A stretch of DNA of 35,077 nucleotides, taken from assembly GCF_004010195.1 (NCBI RefSeq), contig NC_057752.1:727908-762984 (forward strand), in the 5' to 3' direction. The notes below the pieces were generated by a model that saw only the letters and a list, made by a program, of their open reading frames with translations, did not search any database and was not told the DNA's origin. The position numbers and the translations under genes were made by a program. This DNA is from Chiloscyllium plagiosum. Taxonomy: Eukaryota. Shown here in pieces: positions 12,701 through 23,660 of the stretch (the first letter of the stretch is position 1; every line of letters begins with the position of its first letter).

Positions 12701-12867
12701 TTCAGGGTGTTACAGACAAGGTAAAGACGTGGCATAATTTCCTCTTTCACACCCTTCAACTAACCACAGTATGATGTAATTTTTGAAGGAGCATTTTAAC
12801 TCTTTGAATTCTTCTTAAAAAATGTACAAGACATATTTTCTTGTATGTTTCAATCAAAACAAAGGAT

Positions 12868-13498
12868 TGTTATGGACCATACCAAACCCCCTTCAAATGT
12901 ATCAAGGAGATAGCTTAGACCCTAACTTTTCCTTATTTAAACACAAGTGTAAGGTGCTGTATTCCAGATGTAATTTGACTGGTTACACTACTCAGCTTGA
13001 AGCAAAATACACTTTCTTCTTCCTCTACTGTTAAAATACAAACAAAAGATAGAAGAATGGATCTAACTTTAACTCTATCGGAAAACTTAACAGAATAATA
13101 GATTATTTAATGACAAAACAGTAAAATCCCATAAACATACTATTAGTAAAGGAAATTTCAATAAAATAGATTGTCTCACATGCAATGTTTCTCCAGTCCA
13201 GGAGGAAAAATCATCAGGTGAAAAGTCTGGTAGAGGAGAGAGAGAACTCAAGTGTTTTGTGGTAGCGGGGAGAGATGTATGGCAGCTTCAAAATCCCAAC
13301 AACTATAATCCTGGTCATGTGGGAGCCTGACTCCACCCATTCATACTGCTATTGTTCCCAACTTTTAAAACAAAAGGGACCTCACCAGCTGTTTACTCTA
13401 TTGGCTTGGACAAGCCAGTTCTTCACCTCCATCTCATAACCATCTCTTCAAAAAATACCAGGTCAGAATACACCTCTTAATGCCATAATATTGTCACA
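12868..13498. mobile_element. Probable solo LTR (631 bp)
   Basis: Starts TGTTA and ends TCACA (TG..CA with an imperfect short inverted terminus); flanked by GGAT / GAAT, a 4-bp TSD with one mismatch; no coding capacity. Confidence 0.55.
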
Positions 13499-13774
13499 GA
13501 ATAAACATTTGATTTATCATGGCACCCAAATATAAATGCAACACATCTCCTCATCTTCATCTACATAGGTTACAAACATGAATACACTAAAAGAAATACA
13601 CTTAATTTGTTAAAGGATCATAAACGTCACTTTTATTGTCAGTCTTCAACTTCGTAGTTGCAAAGGTTGCAGGCCTGAAAGATTCTCTTTTGGTTCACTA
13701 AAGAAAAGATGAAGGTTGGAGATTTGTAGCTTTTCAAGTCAAAGTCGTGGTTGAGATTTGCAGTAAAGAGATAC

Positions 13775-14635
13775 TTTTTTTATTCACCTGTGGGATGTGA
13801 ACATTACTGGCTGGCTGAAATTTATTGCCTAACCCTCATTGCCCTTGAGAAAGTGACTGTGAGCTGCCGCCTTGAACCGCTGCAGTCCATGTGCTATAAG
13901 TAGACCCATGATGCTGTTAGGGAGGAAATTCCAGGTTTTTGACCCAGTGACACTGAAAGAATGGTGGTATATTTCCAAGACAGGATGGTGAGTGGCTTGG
14001 AGGATAATCTGCAGTTGGTGGTGTTTCCATGTATCTACTGCCGTTGTCCTTCTAGATGGGAGTGGTTGTGGGTTTGGAAGATGTTATTTAAGCATCTTTG
14101 GTGAATTCTTGCATCTTCGAGATAGCACACACTGCTGCTGCTCTTGAGCGTTGGTGGTGGAGAGAATGGATGCTTGTGGATGTGTGCCAGTCAAGGGGGC
14201 TGCTTTGTCCTGGATGGTGTTAAGCTTCTTGAATGTTGTTGATGCTATCCCCATCCAGGCAAGTGGGGACTATTCCATAACACTCCTGACTTTGGCCTTG
14301 TAGACAATGGATAAGCATGGGGAGTCAGGAGTTGAGTTACTATCTGCAATACTCCTCGCCTCTGAATTGCTCTTGTATCCACTGTGCTTATGTGGCGCTT
14401 CCAGTTGAGATTCTGGCCAATGTAACCCCCAAGATGTTGATAGTGATGGTAACTCCATTGAATGTCAAGGGACAGTGGTTCGACTGTCTCTTATTGGAGA
14501 TGGTCATTGCCTGGTATTTGTGTGGCACAAATGTTACTTGTCACTTGTCAGCCCAAGCCTGGATGTTGTTCAGATCTTGTTGCATTTGAACGTGGACTGC
14601 TTCAGTATCTGAGGAGTCATGAACAGTGTTGAACA
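13775..14635 (-). mobile_element. LINE (CR1/L2-group) RT C-terminus and 3' end
   Basis: Minus strand encodes degenerate QAWADKxQVTFVPHK and LSIVYKAKVRSVME(Y)SPLAW-like RT C-terminal motifs; shares its 3' end with 7455-7690 and 17805-17980. Confidence 0.85.
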
Positions 14636-14713
14636 TATATATCATGCAAAATGAATTAACCACATTTGTTTGCCTGTAATGATCCCTAGGCTGGCTTCTT
14701 CTTTGTACTTACA

Positions 14714-14958
14714 TTAGATTCCCTACAGTATGGAAGCAGACCCTTCTGCCCAACAAGTCCACACTGACCCTCCGAAGAATAACCCACCCAGACCCATTCC
14801 CCTACAATATAATTACCCCTGACTAATAAACCTAACACTATGGGGAATTTATCATGGCCAATTCACCTGATCTGCACATCTTAGGATTGTGGGAATAAAC
14901 TGGAGCACCCGGAGGAAACTCACGCAGACATGGGGAGAATGTGCAAACTCCACACTGA
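14714..14958 (-). mobile_element. HE1-type SINE, 5'-truncated older copy
   Basis: Reverse complement of the V-domain and tail of the 1347-1649 copy; lacks the tRNA head. Confidence 0.9.
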
Positions 14959-15549
14959 TAAATGGTACTGATCCAGGATGTCTTTCCTTTTATTAGTTAT
15001 ATCAGCTATAAAATGATTTTTTAAAATCACAATCTGTGACCATGGTGTTAGGGTTTTCTCCTGCCCATGTGGTAATTTAGTATCAAACACTAGTGTCATA
15101 TATCAACACTTCAGTTAGAATAGCTTCTGAATGTCTTGGTGGATATCTTCTGATTAAGTTTTACGGTTGTATAATATGACTGTAACAAGGGAATGCAAAA
15201 GGTCCTGTGGCAGTTCCTCAGATGTCCTGACAACACTCCTCTCTCAGAACCTCAAACAAAAGGCTAGAGTGGGAGGAAATTAAATGGGTGAGTAAAGACC
15301 AGGATAGGGTAGAGTGTATCCTAGCTGTAGAAAGAACAGGATTGAGTAGTTGAATGGGCTTTTCACATTGTGTGCTCTCCTGTATTCCTATGTGGGTCAC
15401 TCCGATTCATTATCGCCCAATGTCTGGTGGTCTGAGATCAAGCCTTTTGTTTGTGTTGCAGAATGGGGCATTGCAAAGCATGAAAATGAAACAAGTTAAA
15501 AATAGATCTCTTTTTGTTTGAAGCTTGATTTCAGCCTTCCTTGCTCTCA

Positions 15550-15675
15550 ACCACCTGATGAAGGAGTGTCGCTCCGAAAGCTAGTGTGCTTCCAAATAAA
15601 CCTGTTGGATATAACCTGGTGTTGTGTGATTTTTCACTTTGTCCACCCCAGTCCAACACCGGCATCTCCAAATCA
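15550..15675 (+). mobile_element. Short Penelope-like terminal (pLTR) insert with hammerhead motif
   Basis: Flanked by CTTGCTCTCA (15540-15549) / CTTGCTGTCA (15679-15688), extendable with one indel; contains a hammerhead motif followed by AATAAA. Confidence 0.75.
15552..15586 (+). ncRNA. Minimal type I hammerhead ribozyme motif, intact core
   Basis: CAC-CTGATGA-A-GGAGT(GTC)GCTCC-GAAA-GC-TA-GTG: stem I CAC/GTG, stem II GGAGT/GCTCC, palindromic AGCT in place of stem III, predicted cut after 15583. Confidence 0.75.
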
Positions 15676-16013
15676 CTTCTTGCTGTCACTCTTCCTCTAA
15701 TGCTCCTTCGCAAAAGCACAACAACTTCAAGCAGCAGTTGAGCATCAATTTTCATGAGTGTGTGGGAAGGTGGACGGCACACTACAGGGAACTGAAAATG
15801 ATGATTTTACATCTAGAAATCTTGACATGACTCATTGTGGGATGTGGACGAGAAACCTTTTAACTTTTTAAAGGAAGGTTACAGATGCATTTGCATTTTG
15901 AGAGATTTGCAAACAAAATCATTGATATTTAATTTTTATACTTGCATACATGCCAATATTTAGTTTCAAAGTAAAAATTGCCATTTTTCTGTATGCTAAC
16001 TCTGTCTCTTATT

Positions 16014-16230
16014 TGAAATAATTCCAGAGAGGCTGGGATCCTGTCACCAAGAAACCCTTTATTAACATGTGCATAGTATTTGAAACTGGTCTGGCTTCCT
16101 TAGTGCCACCTCTCAGAATGAACAGAACCTCTGACACTTAGGGCTCCCTGATTGAACCAGGTTAACAGTTCCAGTCAGGGAACTCAGATTCTATGAGTCC
16201 ACCTGGTTGACCTTCATTACAATTACTACA
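16014..16230 (-). mobile_element. Solo LTR of the Ty3/Gypsy family seen at 32303-34185
   Basis: Minus strand runs TGTAGTAAT...AATAAAGGG...TTATTTCA (TG..CA); homologous to 27414-27545 and to the LTR next to the polypurine tract at 32303-32824. Confidence 0.8.
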
Positions 16231-16346
16231 GTATCAACACTATTACACACATACCTTTTTGTCATCTGAAGGCAGTGAGACAAATTATCCCCAGATCTCT
16301 TTCAATGCTGCTGTGTAACCCTGGAAGGGTAATTGAGAGTAGTACT

Positions 16347-16510
16347 ACAGAAGGCTGTTGAGGCTGTGTCGTTAAAATATATTCAAAGCTGAGACAGACA
16401 GATTTTTAATCAGTAAGGGAATTGAGAGTTATGGGGAAAAGGCAGGAAAATGGAGTTGAGGATTATCAGATCAGCCGTGATCTAATTGAATGGTAGAGTA
16501 GACTCGATGT
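16347..16510 (+). mobile_element. CR1 3' end fragment
   Basis: CAGAAGGCTGTTGAGGC..TTCAAAGCTGAGACAGACAGATT..TTATGGGGAAAAGGCAGG..TCAGCCGTGATC..TAGACTCGATG. Confidence 0.8.
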
Positions 16511-17239
16511 TACTCTCCCGTCCTCTTTCCTGTGCAATGTTGCTTGACCTTCACTCAGCATCTTCTGTACAATTGTAATTGTGAACAGAGTGCAATGGGA
16601 CCTTTTGGTATTGACAACAGGTTGCACAAAGCCATAGCCTTCCACTACCTGAGCAGCCAAATATCTTTTCTCCTTTTTCTCTTGCCCAATCCTGTCCTCA
16701 TCCGTGCCTACCCACTATCTGGAACATGACATAAAGTAGGAACTCTGGTTACTTTTCTCTTCCCTAATCTGAATTAGTGAGGATTTGAGGCAGGTTTCTC
16801 ACCACCCTTCCTGCTGCCCCAGGCTAGAACCTATTAACTCAACACAGAGTGCGGATTGAACTTGCTTCCTGGCTTCTGTGGTTCAGATAGTTGCTACTTG
16901 AGCACTTCAGAACATACTTACCTAAAAGAAATAGGAAAAAAGAACATGTGCAAAATGATTTAAGGCTGTAGCAATTTGAGACCCTGAATATTTACACTGC
17001 CCTCATTAAATAGGTTAATGGGAATGCCTTTTGAAATTTACATTTCTGCTGAGAGGTATAAAAACTAATAATGTTTGTCACCCTCAAAAACCCACTACAT
17101 AATTTTAGCATCTTGGTACTTTTTTTGAACCCTGATCAGACATTGAGGAAGTGCAGAAAAGAGTCACAGAGGAATAGTTCCTGCTAGAATGAATTGACAG
17201 CATAGAGTTTCCCATGAATGGCTCCAAAGCTTTAGCAAT

Positions 17240-17470
17240 TGCAAGTGTAGCATTTCTGCCCTCTGGGTCAAAAGGTTGTGGGCTCAAGCCCTAACCCTAC
17301 CAATTTGAGCATAAAATCTAGATTGATACTTCAGTGCAGAATAGGAGTGCTGCACTATTGAAGATGCCCTTTTTTGGATGAAATTATGTTTATTTTTATT
17401 AAATTGAGGCTCTATCTGTCCTCCGCTAAATGCAAAATGACTCATGGAATTCTGTTGGTGGAGGAAGAGG
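17240..17470 (+). mobile_element. DeuSINE 5' portion, degenerate
   Basis: CTCTGGGTCAAAAGGTTGTGGGCTCAAGCCC..TTGAGCATAAAATCTAG..CTTCAGTGCAG..GGAGTGCTGCACT. Confidence 0.6.
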
Positions 17471-17804
17471 GACATCTGCATTCAGATAGCAATATTTTAT
17501 AGTATTAAAATGAAAAGATTAAAGCCAAAGTTAGTGTTCATGGGGAGTTGTGTGAAAATTTGTACTCTTTCAAAGGAGCTGCACAGACATGATGGGCCAA
17601 ATCACTTCCACACTGCTTTGTGATTCTGTGCAAATACAGAGCCTGAACCAGTGAAAATTTGAAGGTATACCTAGTAACTCTCAGCAGAGCATGCTGGATC
17701 AGTAATGCAGAACCATCCATCTCACCCCATTAAAATTACAGATCTCCCGGCCATCCTCATCATTAGGAATGAGCTGTAGGAATCTGGGACAGCGTGTTGG
17801 TTTT

Positions 17805-17980
17805 TTTTCTATTCATTCATAGGATGAGGGCATCACTGGCCAGGCCAGCATTTATTGCCCATCCCAAAATGTTCAGAGGACAGTTAAGAGTTAACCACAT
17901 TGCTGTGGATCTGGAGTCACATATAGGCCAGACCAGATAAGGATGCAAATTTCCTTCCCTAAAGGGGGTTAGTTGGGTTG
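17805..17980 (-). mobile_element. 3' portion of a SINE sharing its tail with the LINE at 13775
   Basis: TTCATTCATAGGATGAGGGCATCACTGGCCAGGCCAGCATTTATTGCCCATCCC matches the LINE 3' end, then diverges into GAGGACAGTTAAGAGTTAACCACATTGCTGTGG. Confidence 0.6.
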
Positions 17981-18316
17981 AAATAATTCAGAAGAGGATT
18001 GTTGTTTGTAAATTGAGTTAAGCTCACAGACTAATTCACGAGTGTCCAAAACATTGCTGATTTTTTTCTCTACGTGCTTTGATGCTTCACCTCTTGATAA
18101 GGTGACTATACTTGTCTGATGTTGATACAATCTCCTGCTAATGAAAAGCAATTAACTTTATAGACCATGGGTACTATGAGTTAAGATCTAACACCACAGA
18201 CATGTAAAGCCCAGAGCATGCGCTTCCAGAATTACTTGCATGATCGGAACCGTCATTCAACTTTCAAAGTGAAGCTGACCCAATGTTTTATCAAAAAAGA
18301 GAATATATTTCTCTTC

Positions 18317-18624
18317 ACCGTGGGCGGCACGGTGGCACAGTGGTTAGCACTGCTGCCTCACAGCGCCAGAGACCCGGGTTCAATTCCCACCTCAGGCGAC
18401 TGACTGTGTGGAGTTTGCACATTCTCCCCGTGTCTGTGTGGGTTTCCTCCGGGTGCTCCGGTTTCCTCCCACAGTCCAAAGATGTGCAGGTCAGGTGAAT
18501 TGGCCATGCTAAATTGCCTGTAGAGTTAAGTAAGGGGTAAACGTATGGGTGGGTTACGCTTCGGCGGGTCGGTGTGGACTTGTTGGGCCGAAGGGCCTGT
18601 TTCCACACTGTAATGTAATGTAAT
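18317..18624 (+). mobile_element. HE1-type SINE, full length
   Basis: Highly similar to 1347-1649, including the A/B boxes, V-domain and tail; ends in TAATG repeats. Confidence 0.95.
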
Positions 18625-18784
18625 ATTTGGATTTACAAAATGTGATAATATGAACATGCCTTTTGTCTTGTGAATCCAATCTTTGAGAGTAGTTACTCAA
18701 ATAATATCAATAATGCTTTTATTTTACTGTGGGACTTATTTCCAATGCACACGTTTATCAAATTCACCAATGGATAAACAGTAA

Positions 18785-18935
18785 CAGCTTGCATTTATAT
18801 AGCACCTTTAGCAAAACATTCTAATGTCTTTCATAGGAGATTTAGTGAATAAGATTTGATGCTGAACTACAAAAAGAGATAGGAGCACAAATAACCAAAG
18901 GCTTGGTCAAATTATTTAGATTTTAGGAGAAGAAG
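18785..18935 (-). mobile_element. L2-like LINE 3' end, degenerate
   Basis: CTTGCATTTATATAGCACCTTT is the reverse complement of the tail ending the DeuSINE at ~9725-9750; the continuation (ACCAAAGGCTTGGTCAAA) is not SINE body. Confidence 0.5.
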
Positions 18936-19282
18936 GTTTAAAAAGAGAATATGGGAATTGAGGTTGGGGGGGCAATAGCTGAAGACACAGTTGCTAATGG
19001 TGGAACAACATAATTTGGGGATCTTGCCTTGTTCTGAGGACAATGAGCTTTCACTTTCTTGCTCTGAAACTCATTCTCAGTCAGTAACAGCAACAGTAGG
19101 TTTAACAGATTTTTTTCCCTTTCAAGTTGTTGGATGAACCACTGGAGTTTGACTGTGGGGAGGGGGAGAGAATCACAGAAAAGTATGATCCTGTCCTTGT
19201 TCAATGTGTGGCTCAGAGATGGTGACTTCATCTCTCAACCATTTTGGGATGGTGGGTGGTGGGAAGAGAGTAAAAGCATTAA

Positions 19283-19999
19283 AAATTGAGGGTTCAGAGG
19301 AGATTTACTAGGATGTTGCCTGGTATGGGGGGAAGGTCTTATGAGGAAAGGCTGAGGGACTTGAAGCTGTTTTCGTTGGAGAGAAGAAGGTTGAGAGGTG
19401 ACTTACTAGAGACGTACAAGATAATCAGAGGGTTAGATAGGGTGGACAGTGAGAGCCTTTTTCCTCGGATGGTGATGGCTAGCATGAGAGGACGTAGCTT
19501 TAAATTGAGGGATGATAGATATAGGACTGATGTCAGAGGTAGTTTCTTTACTCAGAGAGTAGTAGGGGCATGGAACGCCCTGCCTGCAACAGTAGTAGAC
19601 TTGCCAATTTTAAGGGCATTTAAATGGTCATTGGATAGACAAATGGATGAAAATGGATTGGTGTCGAATAGATGGGCTTTAGATTGGTTTCACAGCTTGG
19701 AGCAACATCGAGGGCCGAATGGCCTGTACTGTGCTGTGATGTTCTATGTTCTAATTGTCCTGAAGAGCAATGTTTTTACACAGAGGGTGATACGCATATG
19801 GAATGAGTTGCCAGTGGAAGTTGTTGAGGCAGGTACATTAACAACATTTAAAAGGCATTTGGATAAATGCATGGATAGGAAAGGTTTAGAAGGATATGGG
19901 CCAAGTGCAGGGAAATGGGATTAACATAGATAGACATTTTGGTCGGCATGGACCCGTTTGGGCCAAAGGACTTGTCTCCGTTGTAGGACTCTATGACTC
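19283..19999 (+). mobile_element. Two tandem CR1 3' fragments (19283-19753 and ~19757-19999)
   Basis: ORF 19286-19924 reads RVQRRFTRMLPG..SYEERL..LERRRLRGDL..FFTQRVVGAWNALP, passes a TTCTATGTTCTA tail, then repeats FTQRVIRIWNELP..FKRHLD from a second copy ending CTCTATGACTC. Confidence 0.92.
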
Positions 20000-20392
20000 C
20001 TGAGAGATTAACTGCAATCCTGAATTAGCAACTGCACGTACACTGGAAACATGTTGCAGTTCTTGCTTCCTTGCAAAGAAGTCAAATATTTGTTTTTAGG
20101 TCAACTCTATTCAAACTGATTGATGACTTCTACAATCAGAACAATTGCAAGCCACTGAAGTCTGTACATTGAATAAACCCAGCCCATCAAAGAGTGATGC
20201 ACGTCAGCTGGGAGATAAATATCAGGCAAGGTGAACACTAATTGCGTTTGGTTCTTGTGTGTGGATTCTGAAATATTGTCCATTGAAGGGAGCTATAATT
20301 ACCCCACTGGCCACATTAAATACTCTCAAATTAGATACAGCATTGGTTGGTTGCGGAGCACTGCTACCATCGTCTGGCCCAACTTCAGAAGG

Positions 20393-20988
20393 TGAAAGTG
20401 AGGACTGCAGATGCTGGAGATCAGAGTCCAGATTAGAGTGGTACTGGAAAAGCACAGCAGGTCAGGCAGCATCCGAGGAGCAGGAAAGTCGACATTTCGG
20501 GCAAAAGCCTTAATCAGGAACAGAGGCAGGGAGCCTCTCCCTCACCACCCAACGCCTGGAGGAAGAACGCCTCATCTTCCGCCTCGGAGCACTTCAACCC
20601 CATGGCATCAATGTGGATTTCACCAGTTTCCTCATTTTCCCTTCCCCACCTCGCCCCAGCTCCAGCCTTCCAGCTCAGCACCGCCCTCATGACCTGTCCT
20701 ACCTGCTTATCTTCCTTTCCACCTATCCAGTCCACCCTCCTCTCTGACCTATCATCTTCATCCCAACCCCCATGATCTCCAGCAGGTAAAAACAAGGACT
20801 GCAGATGCTGGAAACCAGAATCTAGATTATAGTGGTGCTGGAAAAGCACAGTAGGTCAGGCAGCATTGAGGACAGGAAAATCGACGATTCGGGCAAAAGC
20901 CCTACACCCTGCAGGCTCCCTGCCTCTATTCCTGATGCAGGGCTTTTTCCCGAAATGTTGATTTTTCTGCTCCTCGGATGCTGCCTGA
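20393..20988. mobile_element. Penelope-like element with inverted pLTR ends and a GIY-YIG C-terminal fragment
   Basis: 14-bp direct repeat CCAACTTCAGAAGG at 20379-20392 and 20989-21002; inverted arms ~20460-20536 / 20913-20988; internal + strand RLEEERLIFRLGALQPHGINVDF; degenerate hammerheads at 20489-20520 (-) and 20929-20962 (+). Confidence 0.85.
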
Positions 20989-21784
20989 CCAACTTCAGAA
21001 GGGTCAACCCTACAGCATTCAATTTTTGGAGAGGTTTTTCTTATGTGTTGTGCTACTAAATATTCTTTCTCACCCTTGGTCTTGGCTATTCTGGGACTCC
21101 AGGTGTCAGTTAAAAGAATTAGGTTCAACTGCATTGCAATACTTTGCTCCCTGAAGATTATGAAATACAGCTATTAAGATCACTCACATATGCTTGGGTT
21201 GTACTGAATGCTTTCAGATGTTGATTGATTTATGTGCATCTGAGAAAATAATCCGAATTTCTGTTCATAATGCAATTGCTTGCCACTTAGTGAAAGATAC
21301 AAGCTCTTACATACTATTGTCTGATACCGGAAGAGCTACCAGGACATATCTGTGATCAGTGGAATACTTCCAGTTAGAAAGCATAAATCAGTTTTACTAC
21401 TGACTAACTCTTCTTCTTGCTTTTGGGCTGAGTGGGGTTAGTGATGGTTGGGTGAGAGAAGCTTCGATTCTTATTAAGTCACAGAAAATAGTCACTGGAA
21501 TTGCTCTTTCTTTTTCTCAAGATATTGTGACCTCCAGGCCAGATTTACACTGGGTGAGCACTGGAATAGAATTCCACAGGTACAGGCCACATCTTGGCTC
21601 AGGCTTAGTGCAGAGCACACTCATCTTTGAGTCTAAAATTTGTGGATTTAAATTCCACTGCACAGATGTGAGCAAATGATCTTGGTTGAAAATCTAGCGC
21701 TGCATTGTTTTGGGAAATAGATGCTCCATTGCTTTTGCTTTTTATAACTTTTTCAGCCGCCACAAATCAGATCTTAGTCTCATT

Positions 21785-21999
21785 AAAAACAAAATACAAC
21801 AGATGCTGAAAATCTGAAACAAATATAGAGACTGCTGGAGATACTCAGCAAATTTAGAGAGGAAAATAGAGTTATCATTTCAAGCTCAAACTCTTCAGAA
21901 TTGAAGAAGAGTCATACTGGACTCGAAAAATTAATTCTGTTTTTCTCCTCACAGATGCTGCCAGATCTGCTGAGTTTCTCCAGTATTCTCTGCATTTAG
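21785..21999. mobile_element. Palindromic (inverted) PLE pLTR pair
   Basis: Left arm CTGGAGATACTCAGCA..CTCTTCAGAA and right arm TTGAAGAAGAG..TGCTGAGTTTCTCCAG are inverted about ~21900; the right arm has a degenerate hammerhead TTGAAGA-A-GAGTC(ATACTG)GACTC-GAAA. Confidence 0.7.
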
Positions 22000-22066
22000 T
22001 TCTCAGTTTGCTATAGAAGAAGAAGCTATGGATGTAGGTTTGCTCACTGAGCTGGAAGGTTCATTT

Positions 22067-22106
22067 TCAGACTTTTCGTCACCATACTAGGTAACATCAT
22101 CAGTGA
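22067..22106 (-). ncRNA. Minimal hammerhead motif, core intact, stem III palindrome mutated
   Basis: Minus strand TCA-CTGATGA-T-GTTACC(TAGTAT)GGTGAC-GAAA-AG-TC-TGA; the partner copy at 23176-23214 (+) is more decayed. Confidence 0.6.
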
Positions 22107-22595
22107 GCTTCCGGATGAAGCACTGGTGGCATGGCCCACTTTCTGTTTAGGTTTCCTTGTGTTGGTGATGTCATTCCTTGTGGTGAGATCATTTCCCATT
22201 CTTTTTCTCAGGGGGTGGTAAATGGGATCCAAGTCAATGTGTTTGTTGATAGAGTTCCGGTTGGAATGCCATGCTTCTAGGAATTCTTGTGCGTGTCTCT
22301 GTTTGGTTTGTCCTAGGATGGATGTGTTGTCCCAGTTGAAGTGGTGTTCTTCCTCATCCATATGTAAGGATACTAGTGAGAGTGGGTCATGTGTTTTTTG
22401 TGGCGAATTGATGTTCATGAATCCTGGTGGCTAGTTTTCTGCCTGTTTGTCCAATGTAGTGTTTGTTACAGTCCTTGCGAGGTATTTTGTAAATGCCATT
22501 AATTTTGCTTGTTGTTTGTATAGGGTCTTTCAAGTTCATTAGCTGCTATTTTAGTGTGTTTGTGGGCTACAATGATGCCAAGAGGTCTGAGTGGT

Positions 22596-22692
22596 ATTCC
22601 TGATGAAGGGCTTTTGCCCCAAACGTCGATTTTATTGCTCCTCGGATGCTGCCTGAACTACTGTGCTCTTCCAGCACCACTAATCCAGAAAG
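22596..22692 (+). mobile_element. Short PLE pLTR insert nested in the Poseidon-like element
   Basis: TSD TGAGTGGT (22588-22595) / TGAGTAGT (22693-22700); starts ATTC-CTGATGA-A-GGGC(TTTT)GCCC-CAAA-CGTC (core G12 mutated to C). Confidence 0.8.
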
Positions 22693-23341
22693 TGAGTAGT
22701 TTAGCAGTCATGTCCAAGATGTCTTTGATGTAGGGGAGAGTGGCTAGGGTTTCCAGACGTGTTTTGTCTGCAGTTCTTGCAAGAGCTGTAACAAACACTA
22801 CATTGGACATACAGGCAGAAAACTAGCCACCAGGATACATGAACATCACCTGGCCACAAAAAGACATGACCCACTCTCACTAGTATCCTAACATACAGAT
22901 GAGGCAGGACACTACTTTGACTCGGACAACACATCCATGCTAGGACAAGCCAAACAGAGACATGCACGAGAATTCCGAGAAGCATGGCATTCCAACCAGA
23001 ACTCTGTCAACAAACACATTGACATGCATCCTGTTTACCATCCCCTGAGAAAAAGAACAGGAAATGGCCTCACCACATGAAATGACGTCACCGCAGGAAA
23101 TGACATCACCAACCCAAGGAAACCTAAACACATAAATAGAAAGCAGCCCATACCACCAGTGCTTCATCCGGAGGCTACTGATGATACTACCTAGTATGGT
23201 GACGAAATGTCTGTAAACGAACCTTCCAGCTCAGCGAGCAAACCTACATCCAGAACCTCAACCTGAGCTCCAAACCTTCTCAAAATATGCTAAGAAGAAG
23301 CTAGTTATTTTATAAGTATCTTGTAAGTGAATAAGATTTAT

Positions 23342-23660
23342 AGATTTAGATTACTTACAGTGTGGAAACAGGCCCTACAAGTCCACACCGACTCTCCGAA
23401 GAGTAACCCACCCAGACCCATTCCCCTACATTTACCCCTTCACCTAACACTACGGGCAATTTAGCATGGCCAATTCACCTATGCACATTTTTGGACTATG
23501 GGAGGAAACCAGAGCACCCGGAGGAAACCCATACAGACACAGGGAGAATGTGCAAACTCCACACAGTCAGTCGCCTGAGGCGGGAATTGAACCCAGGTCT
23601 CTGGCGCTGTGAGGCAGCAATGCTAACCACTGTGCCACCCATTGTGCCACTGTGCCGCCC
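23342..23660 (-). mobile_element. HE1-type SINE, full length, reverse orientation
   Basis: Reverse complement of the 1347 and 18317 copies, with a short extra duplication in the head and a small tail deletion. Confidence 0.95.

Larger units (their letters stand above)
22029..23291. mobile_element. Penelope/Poseidon-like element in inverted configuration with a GIY-YIG endonuclease remnant
   Basis: 12-bp TSD AAGAAGAAGCTA (22017-22028, 23292-23303); minus strand encodes INGIYKIPRKDCNKHYIGQTGRKLATRIHEH (GIY 22489-22497, YIG 22450-22458) and ..QEFLEAWHS..SINKH; arms 22029-22480 and 22777-23252 are inverted copies. Confidence 0.92.

Noticed and set aside
19286..19924. Longest ORF (212 aa) as a gene
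   Set aside because: Chance in-frame read-through of two adjacent CR1 3' fragments across a 3' UTR; it starts at TTG and has no exon structure.
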